This document shows positions 1 through 13,049 of a DNA stretch of 64,000 nucleotides, in pieces (positions within the stretch are counted from its first letter, which is position 1; each line of letters starts with the position of its first letter). The notes under the pieces were generated by a model. It had not been told where the DNA came from. It made no database searches and saw only the letters and a program-made list of their open reading frames with translations. Made by a program: the position numbers and the translations under genes. Origin of the DNA: Octopus vulgaris (Eukaryota); assembly GCA_951406725.2 (NCBI GenBank), contig OX597818.1:118234001-118298000 (forward strand), in the 5' to 3' direction.

Positions 1-75
1 AGATTTTGCGTCTGCGCAGAGGTTTGAAAAGTTAAGATATGGTCTAACGCTCTGCGCATCTCGATTTAACATAGG

Positions 76-157
76 CGTCTCGCTGATGAAACCGGCCTTA
101 GCAAACATATTCTGTCTGTTTTGCTAGAAAGAGGTAGAAACTGATCAGTCCGGGATG
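76..157 (+). ncRNA. Type I hammerhead ribozyme motif (PLE pseudo-LTR type)
   Basis: Stem I CGTCTCG(76-82)/CGGGATG(151-157), 7 bp with 2 G-U. Core CTGATGA 83-89. Stem II ACC/GGT plus distal TAGCAAA/TTTGCTA. GAAA 137-140. Palindromic stem III ACTGATCAGT. GTC triplet ends at 150. The 10.1-11.1 pair is A-A (non-canonical). Confidence 0.8.
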
Positions 158-349
158 TATCGTTAATGGTAAATGTTTTTGATTTTCACTCTCGATAAAT
201 TTATCCCTTTTTTGTGTCCCTAGCACTTGGCATCCTTATTTAGGAGTCCTTAATTATATTTCTATATGAATAATATTTTGTCTAATGACTAATTCGTTCT
301 TTGTGCTGGGCCACTGGTAGTAATCTATATTATTACCCTTTTTTGATTA

Positions 350-411
<62 letters not shown>

Positions 412-415
<4 letters not shown>

Positions 416-525
416 TCCTGCTCGCTTAGCCAGCGGGGTGGCGTCATTCGAAGGCTAAAACAATGCGAACGCATTGTGACCAGCGATGTGTAACAACATC
501 TGATGGTCTGGTCGGTCACGTGATA

Positions 526-531
<6 letters not shown>
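412..531 (+). mobile_element. Short retroposon 3'-end fragment inside (TA)n
   Basis: GC-richer 120-bp block flanked on both sides by (TA)n, ending in a CACGTGAT/AACGTGAT tandem tail. Confidence 0.45.
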
Positions 532-562
<31 letters not shown>

Positions 563-3500
563 TAAGTAGTTTAACTAGTTTAGCTGGTGAGGCGCAACGA
601 TATAGAAATTCCTGATGTCACTAAATCCTTTTACGCTAGCAAACCCAGTGTTATGGACAAACATTTATTGAAGAAATAATTGTTGTTTATCAACTGAGAT
701 GCGACTAGCATATTTATCCTACAGTCACCAACTAGTTAAGAAGGAATACGTAAGACATCGTTTGTGCAAATATATATATATATATACACGTTACTTTCCT
801 TGTGCTGAAGAATGGGCAAAACAGTGAGTTACGTACGTTATCCGTGGTTGTTTTTACGGACTTTAAAATATTGAAAAGATCACTGACCATAGATGGTTAA
901 AGAAACATAAAGAACTTGTAAGCAGTACTGCGAGCAAACCACAAGAATCACAGACAAAAGAAAACATCAATATCGTTATGTGTGTGCATAATCCGTCAGT
1001 TCAAACAGAGAAGTCAGTCTTTCAACATTGATCTGGAATAGACAATGTTTTACCGATCTATTGCCTGCTCATAAAAAGGAGCAGCATCTGTGTGACCTAG
1101 AAACAAAAGTTCAGTGCACAGAATGGCCTTACGCTTCTGTTCTACTAAACATTAAGAATTCTAAGAGCTAGTGGTCGGCAAACAATTTAATGAGAAATAT
1201 TATGTACACAAATACTCTTCTCTGAAAACGTTTTATATGTAAAAGAAATGTCATTCTCGAGTTGTATTGCATTTCATGTCAAAAGTTGTTAATTCAAATA
1301 TCCAAATGTTGTATGCTGCCGTGTTGCTATCCCACTGAAATGCAAAATAATCGCTGCAACATCGTCCTTTATGGAAATTACTTACTATTTGACATCTCAG
1401 TGGACTCTCAAGACGGTATCGTGAACTACTTTGAATATGCTAATAACGGCAAGCATCATCACATTTAATGATTTGAAACATTCGTTTAGATGTAGTGAAA
1501 TCTTATAGATGTAGTCAGACGCAAAAAGAATTATCAGAGGGTTGTATATAATAGACACTTTCATACTAAATATCTACTAGCTAATAAATCATTGATTTGA
1601 AATATCCGTAAACCAAACAGAATGTCTAAAGACTGAAGTCGTGGTCATTTACGAATTGTGGTCAAATCTGTCTTTCTAAACACACAATTGTACAGTCTAT
1701 TAATATACGTGTAATACATAAATCTAAAACAAATAACTTTACGATCGGCATACATGCATTCATCATTCACTGTCTTACGATGTTTATGAATTTAAAAGGC
1801 TAAAATTTCAGAATCTTTTTGCTCTTTGCTTTTTATTAACCTTTCTGAATTTATATAATTTGGATATAACTGGGTGTTTGAATTAAGAGAAGGCAGAACG
1901 AAAATTAATGGTTGTAATATCATCTCATCGACTTACATATATTTAAAAGGTAGTTCTGTCGTGTGATCACTGAGTGTTGATGTGACAGCAACGATAGATT
2001 CTAAGACTGTGGCTATACAAGTTTACAAGTGTTTCACAATTAAAATACGAGTAGCACGTTTAAAAATATTGTATGCAACTCCTTCATTCCTCCCATAAAT
2101 AATTTGGTAACCCTATTTCATTTCACATATTCCAATTTCGAAACGATTTGAAGTACGTAAATAGATTAACACGGAGTATTTGGATTACATTTTACCTTGA
2201 TATAAACTGTGGAAACTTGATAGGTTAACACGAAGCATTTTTATTTTGTATATATATAAGCTAATCAGGTTTAATTGCATATTCAATCAAACTGCAAATT
2301 TAGCTGTTGTCAATGGGTGCCCTGCGTTGGTTTGATTAAATTTGATTGAATATGGAAGAAATAAGAAAGTGTATATACAAATTTGGGCGTGCCTTCTAAA
2401 CATCTTTAATTGCATTTCTCTACAAAGTGGGGTTTGCTTTATGCAGAGAAGTTATTCCATATTAGTCTCTAAAAGCTACAGGAGAGGCCACGGCAAAATC
2501 AATAATTTTGATAAACGATTTAATAATTACCTCAAAATATGAAAATTTTAAATGTGTTAATCTCTTGCAAATTATTCATCGGCCTTTCATCGTGGTCAAT
2601 GCATAATTTTGTGCTTCGTTCCTTTTACAAAAATGGTTGTCAAATAGTTCAATACGCTTCAATGTAAAATGCCGTAGCGATCTTTATTTTCATGATAATA
2701 CTTATTACCTTTGTCGATAAAGTAAGGATCTCCTCATAGTTTGAACTTCATTATTAATAGGAGTTTGATGACCGTTTAGAAAACTCATCGTATCCCTGGC
2801 ATTTTAAAATGTAGGTTTCAAAGCATATGAGAGCTGTCACATTGCTTTTGTATGTTGTATCTCTCAATCCTCTACGCATATCGAAGGGCTGCAGAGAAGA
2901 AATAATTTTATTTTTCAGACATTTTCGAATAAATGTGTCGTTTTGAGATTTAAATTTAGGGTAGTGATTGGTGTATGCAGGAGTTGACATAGTCAAAAGT
3001 TTTGAGACAGATTGATATTATAGTCTATTTGTAAAGGCTTTCAGTTATGTTTAAGGAGACTGTGCCTTAATAATTCTATGACACTCATCTTGTAATTCCA
3101 ATACATACGTGTCGTTTCTCTTGGGTCATTGTTTATCTAATAATGGCTACAACTTTTTCTGGGTTCAACTACCTTTATTGACTCAGCCGTTTCCTCCATC
3201 GAGAGTCTGAAATTTCACATCTATCATCGCATTTATCAATTTCCATCTCCTATAGACCGACAGACATCAGGTCTTTCTAACTAACCGATCTAAATCGCTT
3301 AAGCTCCGTTCAAAACATCTACATCTCTGACTGTAACCCTGATCGCAATTTTGAAACTAAGTCTCATCACATGGCTTTCATTGAAAAATATAAACCAAAT
3401 CTTAACTATTCTAAAATTTTTATACAAGGAAATTCATCTCATTGAAAAAAAGAAAAAAATATAAAGTGATTATCTCTCTTATACCGGAAGAAATCCCTGT

Positions 3501-3727
3501 TTACCTCCCCCTGCTTGGAACTTTTCACTTCATAGCGAAGACGTGACACGGTGTAGGTAAAGAAATTTGAGAAATTTGAAAAGAATATACGAAATCAGTT
3601 ATTTTTTGCAAAACTATGTTGCTATACACAAACTTTTATAACATTTTTCTAACGTAACGACTTAAATATATTCTTTAACCTTATAACACAAGCCTTCTGT
3701 AGTTCTTTCACTTATTTTTATTTGTTA

Positions 3728-4116
3728 CTAGCAGTATCGCCCGACGTTGCTCGGGTTTGTTTCGACCCGCTGGAATTGGAATTTTTGAAAAGTAAAAATT
3801 TTGCATTATGTAGCTTGTTATTCTCTTCAAGTGAACATTTTTCTGGTTGAAATACACCGAAAAGTGGCGACACAGCAGTGAAAAAATCGTAAAAATAGGG
3901 ATTTTCATAGAAAAAAAGCACCTTTTTGATGTAAATAATTTTTGGTGTTAACATGGTTCGATTTGAATTTTATCTTCTACGGAAGGAAGAGCAACCCTTC
4001 TTCTATCATACTCTCAATTTTGGTCAACTTGCGCTGCAGGGTCTGGGAGGAGAGTGTTAGTTGAAGGTTACCAAACCTGGCTCACACAAAAAACTTCAGC
4101 TTTAAATAGAGAGAGA
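3728..4116 (-). mobile_element. Non-autonomous Helitron (family H1)
   Basis: Minus strand starts A|TC, has subterminal hairpin CCCGAGCAACGTCGGG and ends CTAG|T. Homologous copy at 47898-48267. Confidence 0.8.
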
Positions 4117-4319
4117 TAACACACACACATGAATACACATACATAACACACACACACACTCAGACACACATGTATGTATCTATAGATGTATGTATGTATA
4201 TATGTACATCTGTCCACTTCTTGCCATATTTTTATCCTTCACTTCCTACACACACACACACACACACTCACACACACACACACAGACACACACACACGCA
4301 CACGCACACACACCTTCTT

Positions 4320-4545
4320 AGCTAACAATTTCTTTTTTTCAATAATTGACAACTGAAGTACGCTCGCAAATTGATACTACCAAAACTTAGCGACAGAAAG
4401 TAAATTAAAAACCAATTTTAATTTATAAAATATAGAACAATAGCATCTACTCACCATATGTCAGTGAATTGTTGGTGTGTGTTTGCAAATGTGTTCGAAT
4501 GAGGAAGTGAATTGTGTTTGGCGCCTTTTTTACTAATAACAAACA

Positions 4546-4587
<42 letters not shown>

Positions 4588-5477
4588 AGTGTTTATATGT
4601 AGTTGTTTGAAACGTTTGTGTTTGTCACTGTCATATATGTATATGTTTGCGTGTCTATGTGTGTGTGTGAGGAGTAAATCGTTATGTATTTACTTTGTTC
4701 TGTTTCCTGTCTGTCTTTAAAAAAATTTTTTTTGAGGAGTGGTTTAAGCATTAATAAGAGAAAGTAGCAGAATGTGTGATGTTGAATAAGAGTAATAGAA
4801 AGAGGATATGATAGTGGTATACACTTGCAAAGAGAAAGTAGCAGAAAGTGTGGTAGGTTTAAGGTACACTTGCAAAGAGAAATTAGGAGAAAGTGTGGTA
4901 ATAGAAGGAGTAAATCATTTGAAATGAGTAGTGGTTTAAGGTACACTTGAAAAGAGAAAGTAGGAGAAAGTGTGGTCATAGAAGGAGTGAAGCATTTGAA
5001 ATGAGAGAGGGAAATCGTAAAATATTGAGTTTTCTCGAATTTTGCTTAATTGGGGTGGAAATTGAAAGAAATTTATATGCCATGACCCAGTGGAATGTAT
5101 TTCGAAAAATCATAGGTGAATTCCAATTGAAGAAATTGTGTGAGGAGTAAATCGTTATGTATTTATTTGTTTCTGTTTCATGTGTACTTTTTTTGAGTAG
5201 TGGTTTAAGGTACACTTGCAAAGAGAAAGTAGGAGAAAGTGTGGTAATAGAAGGAGTGAAGCAGTTGAAATTAGAGAGGCAAATCGTAAAATATTTAGTT
5301 TTCTCGAACTTTTGCTTAATTGGGAGTCAAATTGAAAAAAAATTATATGCCATGACCCAATCGAATCTACTTCAAAAATCATAGGTACGTTCCAATTGAA
5401 GGAATTCTATATTGTACAATTGTATTAAAAAGAAACATAGTCACAGGCAGAGAAAATCTGCCTTTTATCATAAGAGA
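4320..5477 (-). mobile_element. Probable non-autonomous Helitron (family H2) with internal duplications
   Basis: Minus-strand 5' end A|TCTCTTATGATAAAAGGCAG resembles the other Helitron 5' ends here. Blocks starting near 4665 and 5138 are duplicated and contain repeated GGTACACTTGCAAAGAGAAAGTAG units. No 3' CTAG end found, so the left edge is uncertain. Confidence 0.45.
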
Positions 5478-5552
5478 TACATCCAACCACGTGCTTTCAG
5501 ACACCAACTCTCTCACCTATATACATAGATATACATACATATATATATATTA

Positions 5553-5653
<101 letters not shown>

Positions 5654-6209
5654 GAGTGAGAGAGCAGTTCATGCAATCAAAGTGACACTGGGGTAAAATA
5701 TACGAAGCCCAATATACCCATCATGACTACCCGTCTGATAAGGGCACACCAGGCACATGCATCACAACCATATGTGCGCGACATGGTGATCTCATATCAA
5801 GATAAACTGCACATGACCTTGCAGGTGGAGCCCAGTTAGTATTTTCTTCAGGTTGAGTAGCCCATCCTGCTCAAACGGTCCCTGAATAAGGGTTGTTTAA
5901 GGATGTTGATAAAACCACCCATGTCTCCAGAGGTGAATTATTCAAACCCCAAAGAATCCCTCTCAACACATGGCTATGATGCTCCCCCACTACTTCTGCT
6001 CGTGATCAGAGATGCACATATCGTCAGCCACTAAGGGACATGCTCAACTGGTTAAGGTCAAACAACTGACAAGCAAATCCGTGGTATTGAGCAGAATATT
6101 TGCTGTAGCCCATCTTTTATACCAAGACAAAACAATGTACATGATAACGCTTCCAATCAGTTAAGATCAGAAGCCATGAGAGCCACTGCCTGGTACTGCA
6201 TCAGGGCAT
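5654..6209. mobile_element. ~555-bp non-coding interspersed element X bounded by (TTA)n
   Basis: Full-length homolog at 44556-45117 with the same termini and orientation. Both copies are bounded by (TTA)n on each side. Confidence 0.8.
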
Positions 6210-6250
6210 TTATTATTATTATTATTATTATCATTATTATAATAATAATA

Positions 6251-6330
<80 letters not shown>

Positions 6331-6334
<4 letters not shown>

Positions 6335-6860
6335 TTTTATTTTTATAGCGTGCTTTCACTTCACTACCGAGCGCAGCTCTGTGTGCCTTGGGTATGTGCT
6401 GTGATTTGTTGTGATGCTCTGATGGTTATTGTATGGAAAGTGTTCTGCGTAGGATGTGTGCGGTGCCTAGTAGTGCAATTTTCTGTATGTTATATGTGTT
6501 TGTAAGTCCTGGTGTTTTTGTTATGTATTTGTCTGAATATTTTTTTATCATGCCTAATGCACCTACTATGATAGGAATTGTTTCTGTTTTCAGATTCCAC
6601 ATTCTAGTTACCTCTATTTCCAGGTCTTTGTATTTTGAGAGTTTCTCCATTTCTTTTAGAGACACGTTGTCATCAGCCGGTATTGATACATCAATTAGAA
6701 AGCATTTTTTTTCTTCATGATCTCTGATAACTATATCTGGTCTGTTGGCCTTAATTTCTCTATCTGTGTGTATCCCAGAGTATGGTTGCTTTCTCGTTTT
6801 TGTGACCTTTTCTGGTGTTGCCTATACCATCTTTTTTCTGTTGTTATTCCATAATGTTGG

Positions 6861-6861
<1 letters not shown>
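6331..6861 (-). mobile_element. 5'-truncated R4/Dong-clade RLE non-LTR retrotransposon (family A)
   Basis: Minus-strand translation ...HTDREIKANRPDIVIRD...FLIDVSIP...EKLSKYKDLEIE...IPIIVGALG...ALLGTAHILRR (PD..D..K endonuclease C-terminus), then 3' UTR and (TAA)n tail. Confidence 0.9.
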
Positions 6862-6913
<52 letters not shown>

Positions 6914-6977
6914 TTATTATTATTATTATTAATATTATTATTATTATTATTGTTATTCTTCTTATTATTATTACTAT

Positions 6978-7050
<73 letters not shown>

Positions 7051-7648
7051 AGAGAGTTAGACGGAGTAAAATAGTGAAAGTGAGTGAGATAAGTACTTCT
7101 GTACTAGGTTTGGAATTATTTTCACTAGAACAGAGTGGAGGAACATGAAATGATGTATCTAGCTCCAGAATAAAAAGACAGAAATTAAGCCGACGTTGCA
7201 TAATTATTCTGCAACTTTCTATAAATGAACGCATTCTTTTGACGATTATATAAACTGATATATTCTGATGTCACTAGTAAGTTTAGCAGAAAGGAGATGA
7301 CTTGGAGCAAATTAATTTAAATATTCATGTCGTTGTTACACACAGAATATTCACTATCAATTATTTCTCCTGCATATGTTATGCTAAAATGTAATCTGTT
7401 GAGCAACATTTTTTTACTTCCTAGGTGTCACAACATTGTTTAAAATTCTAATGGTTTTACAATTGCATATGGCATTTTAATTTGCTGCCTTATAAACAGT
7501 ATTAAAAATGAGAAACATAATGCGGTTGCTGTACGTTGTAGCATTAGACGTGTACTAGTGAATATGTGTGTAAGAATGTATATGTATTTGAGTTGTTGTT
7601 TGACGACATATATAAATTCATATCCATATACATATATTTTTGCTTGTT

Positions 7649-7689
<41 letters not shown>

Positions 7690-7717
7690 AACTACATATT
7701 TCATATGAATATATGTA

Positions 7718-7807
<90 letters not shown>

Positions 7808-7814
7808 GAGAGAT

Positions 7815-8014
7815 CGAAAGGCAAAGTCAACCCCGGCAGAAGTTGAACTCACAACGTAACGACAGACGAAATACTGCTAAGCATTTCGCCCGGCGCGCTA
7901 ACACGTCTGCCAGCTTGATATTTAAAGTACCAGTTTCGTACTAGAGATCGATGTAATCGACTTAATCCATTTGTCTGTCCTTGTTTGTCCCTTCTATGTT
8001 TAGCCCCTTGTGGG
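7815..8014. mobile_element. tRNA-derived SINE (family S1) with inverted 5' half
   Basis: 7815-7918 is the S1 head on the minus strand. 7922-8014 is the S1 tail (AAGTACCAG...TTTAGCCCCTTGTGGG) on the plus strand. Confidence 0.75.
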
Positions 8015-8015
8015 A

Positions 8016-8080
<65 letters not shown>

Positions 8081-8147
8081 TGATAAAATGATAAGACAAC
8101 AAAAGAATGAAAGAAATCTCGATATTATGTAAATAGAGGAATTTATC

Positions 8148-8529
8148 TGTTAAATGTAATATTTGACAATTATTCGGTAGCCATTATAAAACTCCGGGTT
8201 TCGGATGCAGCGGTGGAAATCCACGCCGCTATCTCTTTAGTTATCTGGCCATCGGAAAAAATGCTATGAAAATGACCTGCAATTTTCTCCAAAAGTTTCT
8301 TAGAGTATAGTTCCCTTGATACTATAGGTATGTTTTTCATAGAATAATCGATGTAGTAGGCGTCCATACTCGATTCTTCTGCGGGGTAGAGCCCGCAGGC
8401 GATGTCATTTTCATAGCTTTTTTCCGATGGCCAGATAACTGAAGAGATGACGGCGTGGATTCCCACCCCGGCATCCAAAACCGGAGTATTATCATAGCTA
8501 CCGAATAATTGTCACATATTAAATTTACA
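8148..8529. mobile_element. PLE derivative: inverted pseudo-LTRs with hammerhead motifs around an ORF start
   Basis: Inverted arms 8148-8276 and 8404-8529, each with a type I hammerhead motif. The spacer encodes MDAYYIDYSMKNIPIVSRELYSKKLLEKIA on the minus strand (8367-8278), resembling the YS.KNIP N-terminus of Neptune-like PLE ORFs. Confidence 0.75.
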
Positions 8530-8675
8530 CACACACATATATATAGGGAGAGTTTACGAAAAAAACAAAACACGAAGACAGGTGGTGTACAAAACAACAA
8601 GGAGAGAAAAATTGTGTGTAGTGGCTAACGATCTATCATGATATATACATATATACACACACATATGTATGTATA

Positions 8676-8719
<44 letters not shown>

Positions 8720-8997
8720 CATACATACGCGTATGTATGTATGTATACATTGGGAGAATCTTTGTGCCAATAATAATAAACGTATTATTTAGATTTCACT
8801 GTTTTATTGTCAGTCAACTGGAGGGTTACCCAACAAACTCTCTACTCTACTGCTTGGTTAATTTGTTGTTTAAATAATCAATCAGTTTTTATGTCAAATT
8901 CCTTTCATCGCTATTCGCCACCATTCAGCGATATGCCTCTTTCTTCCATGTCTGCTTCGATATTGATGCCGGTTGTTGGAGCGTTGCATATGGCAAT

Positions 8998-9311
8998 ACT
9001 CCAACAATGGTTAGGGTATTTGTCTCACGATTATAGGTCGAAGGTTCTATTCTTGGCGGCGCGTTGAACACTTGAGTAAGAAACTTTATTGCTTATTGTT
9101 CAAGTTCACTCAGCTGGCAAAAATTAGTTGTGCCTATAATTCAATGGACTCACGTGGTCACATTCGGTGTGTCACCCTGAAGTTCCTTGAGGACTATAGT
9201 AATGCTACCCGTGTCTATTCAGTATCTCACCTACATACACGTTAATTTGAGCAGCGGGTTGTTCCATTGACGATATCAACTAGAACAATCGTCGACGTAA
9301 CTGACGGAGAT
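8998..9311 (+). mobile_element. Degenerate tRNA-derived SINE (family S3)
   Basis: tRNA-like head, V-SINE-like CTTGAGTAAG...CACTCAGCTG segment, and a tail homologous to the reverse complement of 11003-11190. Confidence 0.5.
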
Positions 9312-9652
9312 CCAGACCAAATGAAAGGGCAGTATCATCATGAACATACAGCTTCTATATAACGGAAGTTGATATTGTATCATGTGATAATTCAATATAT
9401 ACATATATATATAATGTGCTCAAACGGAAAATCAAACAACAGGTGTCTTCTTAAACGAGAATTTATGAGAACAACATCTGAGAAAGAGGGAAACAAAGAA
9501 CTGCAATTTTAGTTGTTAAATATAGGAATACTGAGTATTACACGTATTCACATACAGACGCGATGCAAGCAACAATATAATAAAACGTATCATATGAATA
9601 ATTGCCTGGTGTTGCATTACAATACATTTCCGCTTTTGAAGCAAGTTTCCCG

Positions 9653-9735
<83 letters not shown>

Positions 9736-9789
9736 CATATATATGTATAAATATATATAAATATATATATATGTGTATGTATATATATG

Positions 9790-9838
<49 letters not shown>

Positions 9839-10236
9839 TGTACTCACACTCATTCACATATATACATATTTTATGCAAGCATGTGTGTGTGTGTGTGTGT
9901 GTGTGAGTCTGTGGGGTGTATTGTATAGATCGCGTTGCACGTGAGTGGGTTTGTTTTACACGCACTTACAATGCTGTGATTGGGCTCACTTTAAGTTCCG
10001 GCTACAGTAGGGTATTTAAATAAGTTAACAATAAAGTAACCAGAGGAGTTTAAGAATGGAAAAGAAACGCGCGTAATAAAGAAAATAATGACGCTCCGTC
10101 GGTTACAATGATGAGCGTTCAAATATATCAGTGGTTGAGTATTCCACAGATACGTGTACCCTTAACGCAGTTCTCACGGACATTCAACGTGATACCGAAT
10201 ATGAGAAGCTTGGCACTGTGAATTGTTGGTAAAAGT

Positions 10237-10660
10237 ATTGGCTTGTCCGGAAAGTTCGTTCCGAATTTTAAAGGAAAGGAAAAGGTCAGTAGATACTTGC
10301 CGTTACTCAAGCTTTACCAGATGCTCATGAACGACAGATTTTGATCGGCTGAGGCTTTCTGCCAATTCTCGGGTTGTGCAATGTGGGTTATTCTCAATTA
10401 ATGACTTGATTTGGTCACCATCTGTAGTGGATGGTCTGGCTCTGCCTGATCGCCCTTTATCAATAAGGCTACAATCTCCAGCTCGGAACCTTGCGAACCA
10501 CTTCCGTACAGTTCTTTCGGATAAAGAAACATCACCGTAAACTGTGCATGTTTCTTTGGCTGATGTGAGGCATTTTTCCCTTCACTGAAAAAGAAAAGCA
10601 TCAAGTGCCGAAAATGAACTGAATGGCTAATGCGGGTCATGTACAATCGTTTTAGTTTCA
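10237..10660 (-). mobile_element. Internally deleted mariner transposon
   Basis: Frameshifted translation VHFRHLMLFFF..GKNA / VYGDVSLSERTVRKWFARFRAGD...RSGR..PSTTD..QIKSLIENNPHCTTRELAE (mariner HTH region). TIR-like TATTGGCTTGTCCGGAAAG at 10237. Confidence 0.85.
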
Positions 10661-11002
10661 ACATGTGAACTCAGATCAAATTACGCGCCTTCGAAGTACA
10701 CCTTCGAAATACCGATAACTTCTGCAAAGCTATTAAAGAGGCGAGGGAAACTGTCACTTGTTGCTTGCAGAACACAACAAATATGGTAGAGCATCTCATA
10801 AAACAATGCATCGCATTTAGAAATACGATTCTAATTTCCCGTTCTGATTACGAAACTGTAAACATGTGAATAGCGGCTAACAATAGAATTGTAAACAAGA
10901 CATAGATTATAATGATCCTCGTCCTGTGAGTAGTTGAAGATAGGATCCTAGGTACAGACGTGTTAGATGTTAGAATTCGGTTTCATCAAGTTGAATGCAT
11001 CA

Positions 11003-11374
11003 GCGTGGCATTCCGTCAGTCACGACGACGAGAGTTCCAGTTGAACCGATCAACCGAACAGCCTGCTCGTGAAATTAACGTGCAAATGGCTCAGCACTGC
11101 ACACAGACGCGTGTACCCTTAACGTAGATCTCCGCGAGATTCAGCGTAACACAGTGTGTGACAAGGCTGACCCTTTAAAATACAGGTACAAGAGTAACAG
11201 GAAGGAAAATTAAGAGAAAATTGTGATGAAAGGGTACCGGAGGGTTCGCCACCACCACTCGTGCAGCTTTAGTTCTTTTCGCTCAATAAACACTCGCACC
11301 GCCCGGTCTGGGAATCTAAACCGCGATCCTACAACCTCATTTTCCCTGCACTAACCACTGGTCCATTGCGCCTC
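11003..11374 (-). mobile_element. tRNA-derived SINE (family S3)
   Basis: Minus-strand head AGGCGCAATGGACCAGTGGTTAG (A-box-like) and GGTTTAGATTCC (B-box-like). The tail also occurs at 10093-10210. Confidence 0.7.
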
Positions 11375-11620
11375 AACTGAATGCATTAGTGATCTGTGGA
11401 TGCTACAGTTAACATGGATGCGGGTTTTCCCAGCTGCTGTGCAGTAATATAACATCATGTGTACAAACGTTGATAAATGGCACAAGAAACGTGCAGCTAA
11501 CGTTAAAGGAAATTTCGAAACGGAGAATTTTAAGGGAGAACAAACAATGAGATACCGAGAGTTTTTTTCTGGGCACGTCTTACATATTACAATTAGTAAA
11601 CACTTTCACACACCCATTAA

Positions 11621-11735
<115 letters not shown>

Positions 11736-11881
11736 ATATATATCAAAATAAGCAACAATCTATGGACATCCCTGATTCTTATTTTGATTAAAATCACCCT
11801 ATTTTGAATTATATGGATAATACCATATTAATTTCTGGTGCCTTTATCCTAAGTACCATATTCAACTAATTTTTTACTGAA

Positions 11882-11928
<47 letters not shown>

Positions 11929-11995
11929 ATATGTATGTACGTATGCATGTATGTATGTATGTATGTATGTATGTATGTATCTATCTATCTATCCA

Positions 11996-12032
<37 letters not shown>

Positions 12033-13049
12033 CCAAACACTTAGGCCCACGCTCACATACATAAACACAATCACATTTTATTAGTCCGTATGCGCGTGAG
12101 TATTTATGTGTGTGCGTGTGTGTGTGTGTGCGTGTGTGTGTGCGTGTATGTGTGTGTGTGCATCAGTTGTTCTGTCACGGCTGCTCGGCTGTATGCTGCC
12201 CTTGGCGCTGCTTTTCATTTGTTATATAAACGCCGTTGTTTTTATCTTTTTTCTTTATTGTTGCGACTGCTGCTCTAGTTTCAATGTTGTGATATCTGCT
12301 GTTGCTCTTTTGTTTTCTTTTGTTTACTGTTGTGGCTATTGTTGTTTTTGTAGGTGCTGCTGCTGCTGCTACCGCCGCTGATGTTCATAATGAAGATGAT
12401 GATGATGATACCACTGTTAGCGCTGCTGCTGTTGCATGTCTTCCATGTACTCTCGTTGTATGGGTTGAAGCCAGCAGTGTATATCTTCTTGCCGGTTTTG
12501 TGCAGTCCTTTAGACGAACTACAACACCGAACGTGTGTTCCTAGGCCATCTCCTCCCACCTCGCCCAGTAGTCATGAACATTTTGGTGCCATATGGCAGC
12601 CTGATTTTGTGAATAACGGCTTCCAGGTTCTTTTGAAAAAACCCGTTATTTAAAATAGCGATCATATCAAGTGGCCAGCATATCAAGTGGCCAGCATAGG
12701 AAGAAAATAAAATTATAATTAATAACTATTATTAAAATTATAATTAAAGTTTTAAAGTCGGGGTTTGACTTCTGTCTCTAGCACGGTGGTATCTTTTAAG
12801 TACCTTCGGAATTAGGAATATTTCGAAACAGCCTTCGAAACAGCCTTCGAAACATGTGTCGAGAGTAAAGGAATTTTGTTAAAATCGTCGTTTTTTTTAA
12901 CTCATAGTTAAAAAAAACACACAAATTTACACACGAGAACACGGGATCCCTGTCCTTGGCATATAGCTTCAACCGTGTTTTCTGACGTGAATTTGCTACC
13001 CAGGTATCGGTTAACCGAATTATCCATACTAGGATAATTCATTCAGCTT

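Noticed and set aside
5830-6209. HDV-like ribozyme at an end of element X
   Set aside because: A P1-like pairing exists, but P1.1, P3 and the nested double pseudoknot could not be assembled.
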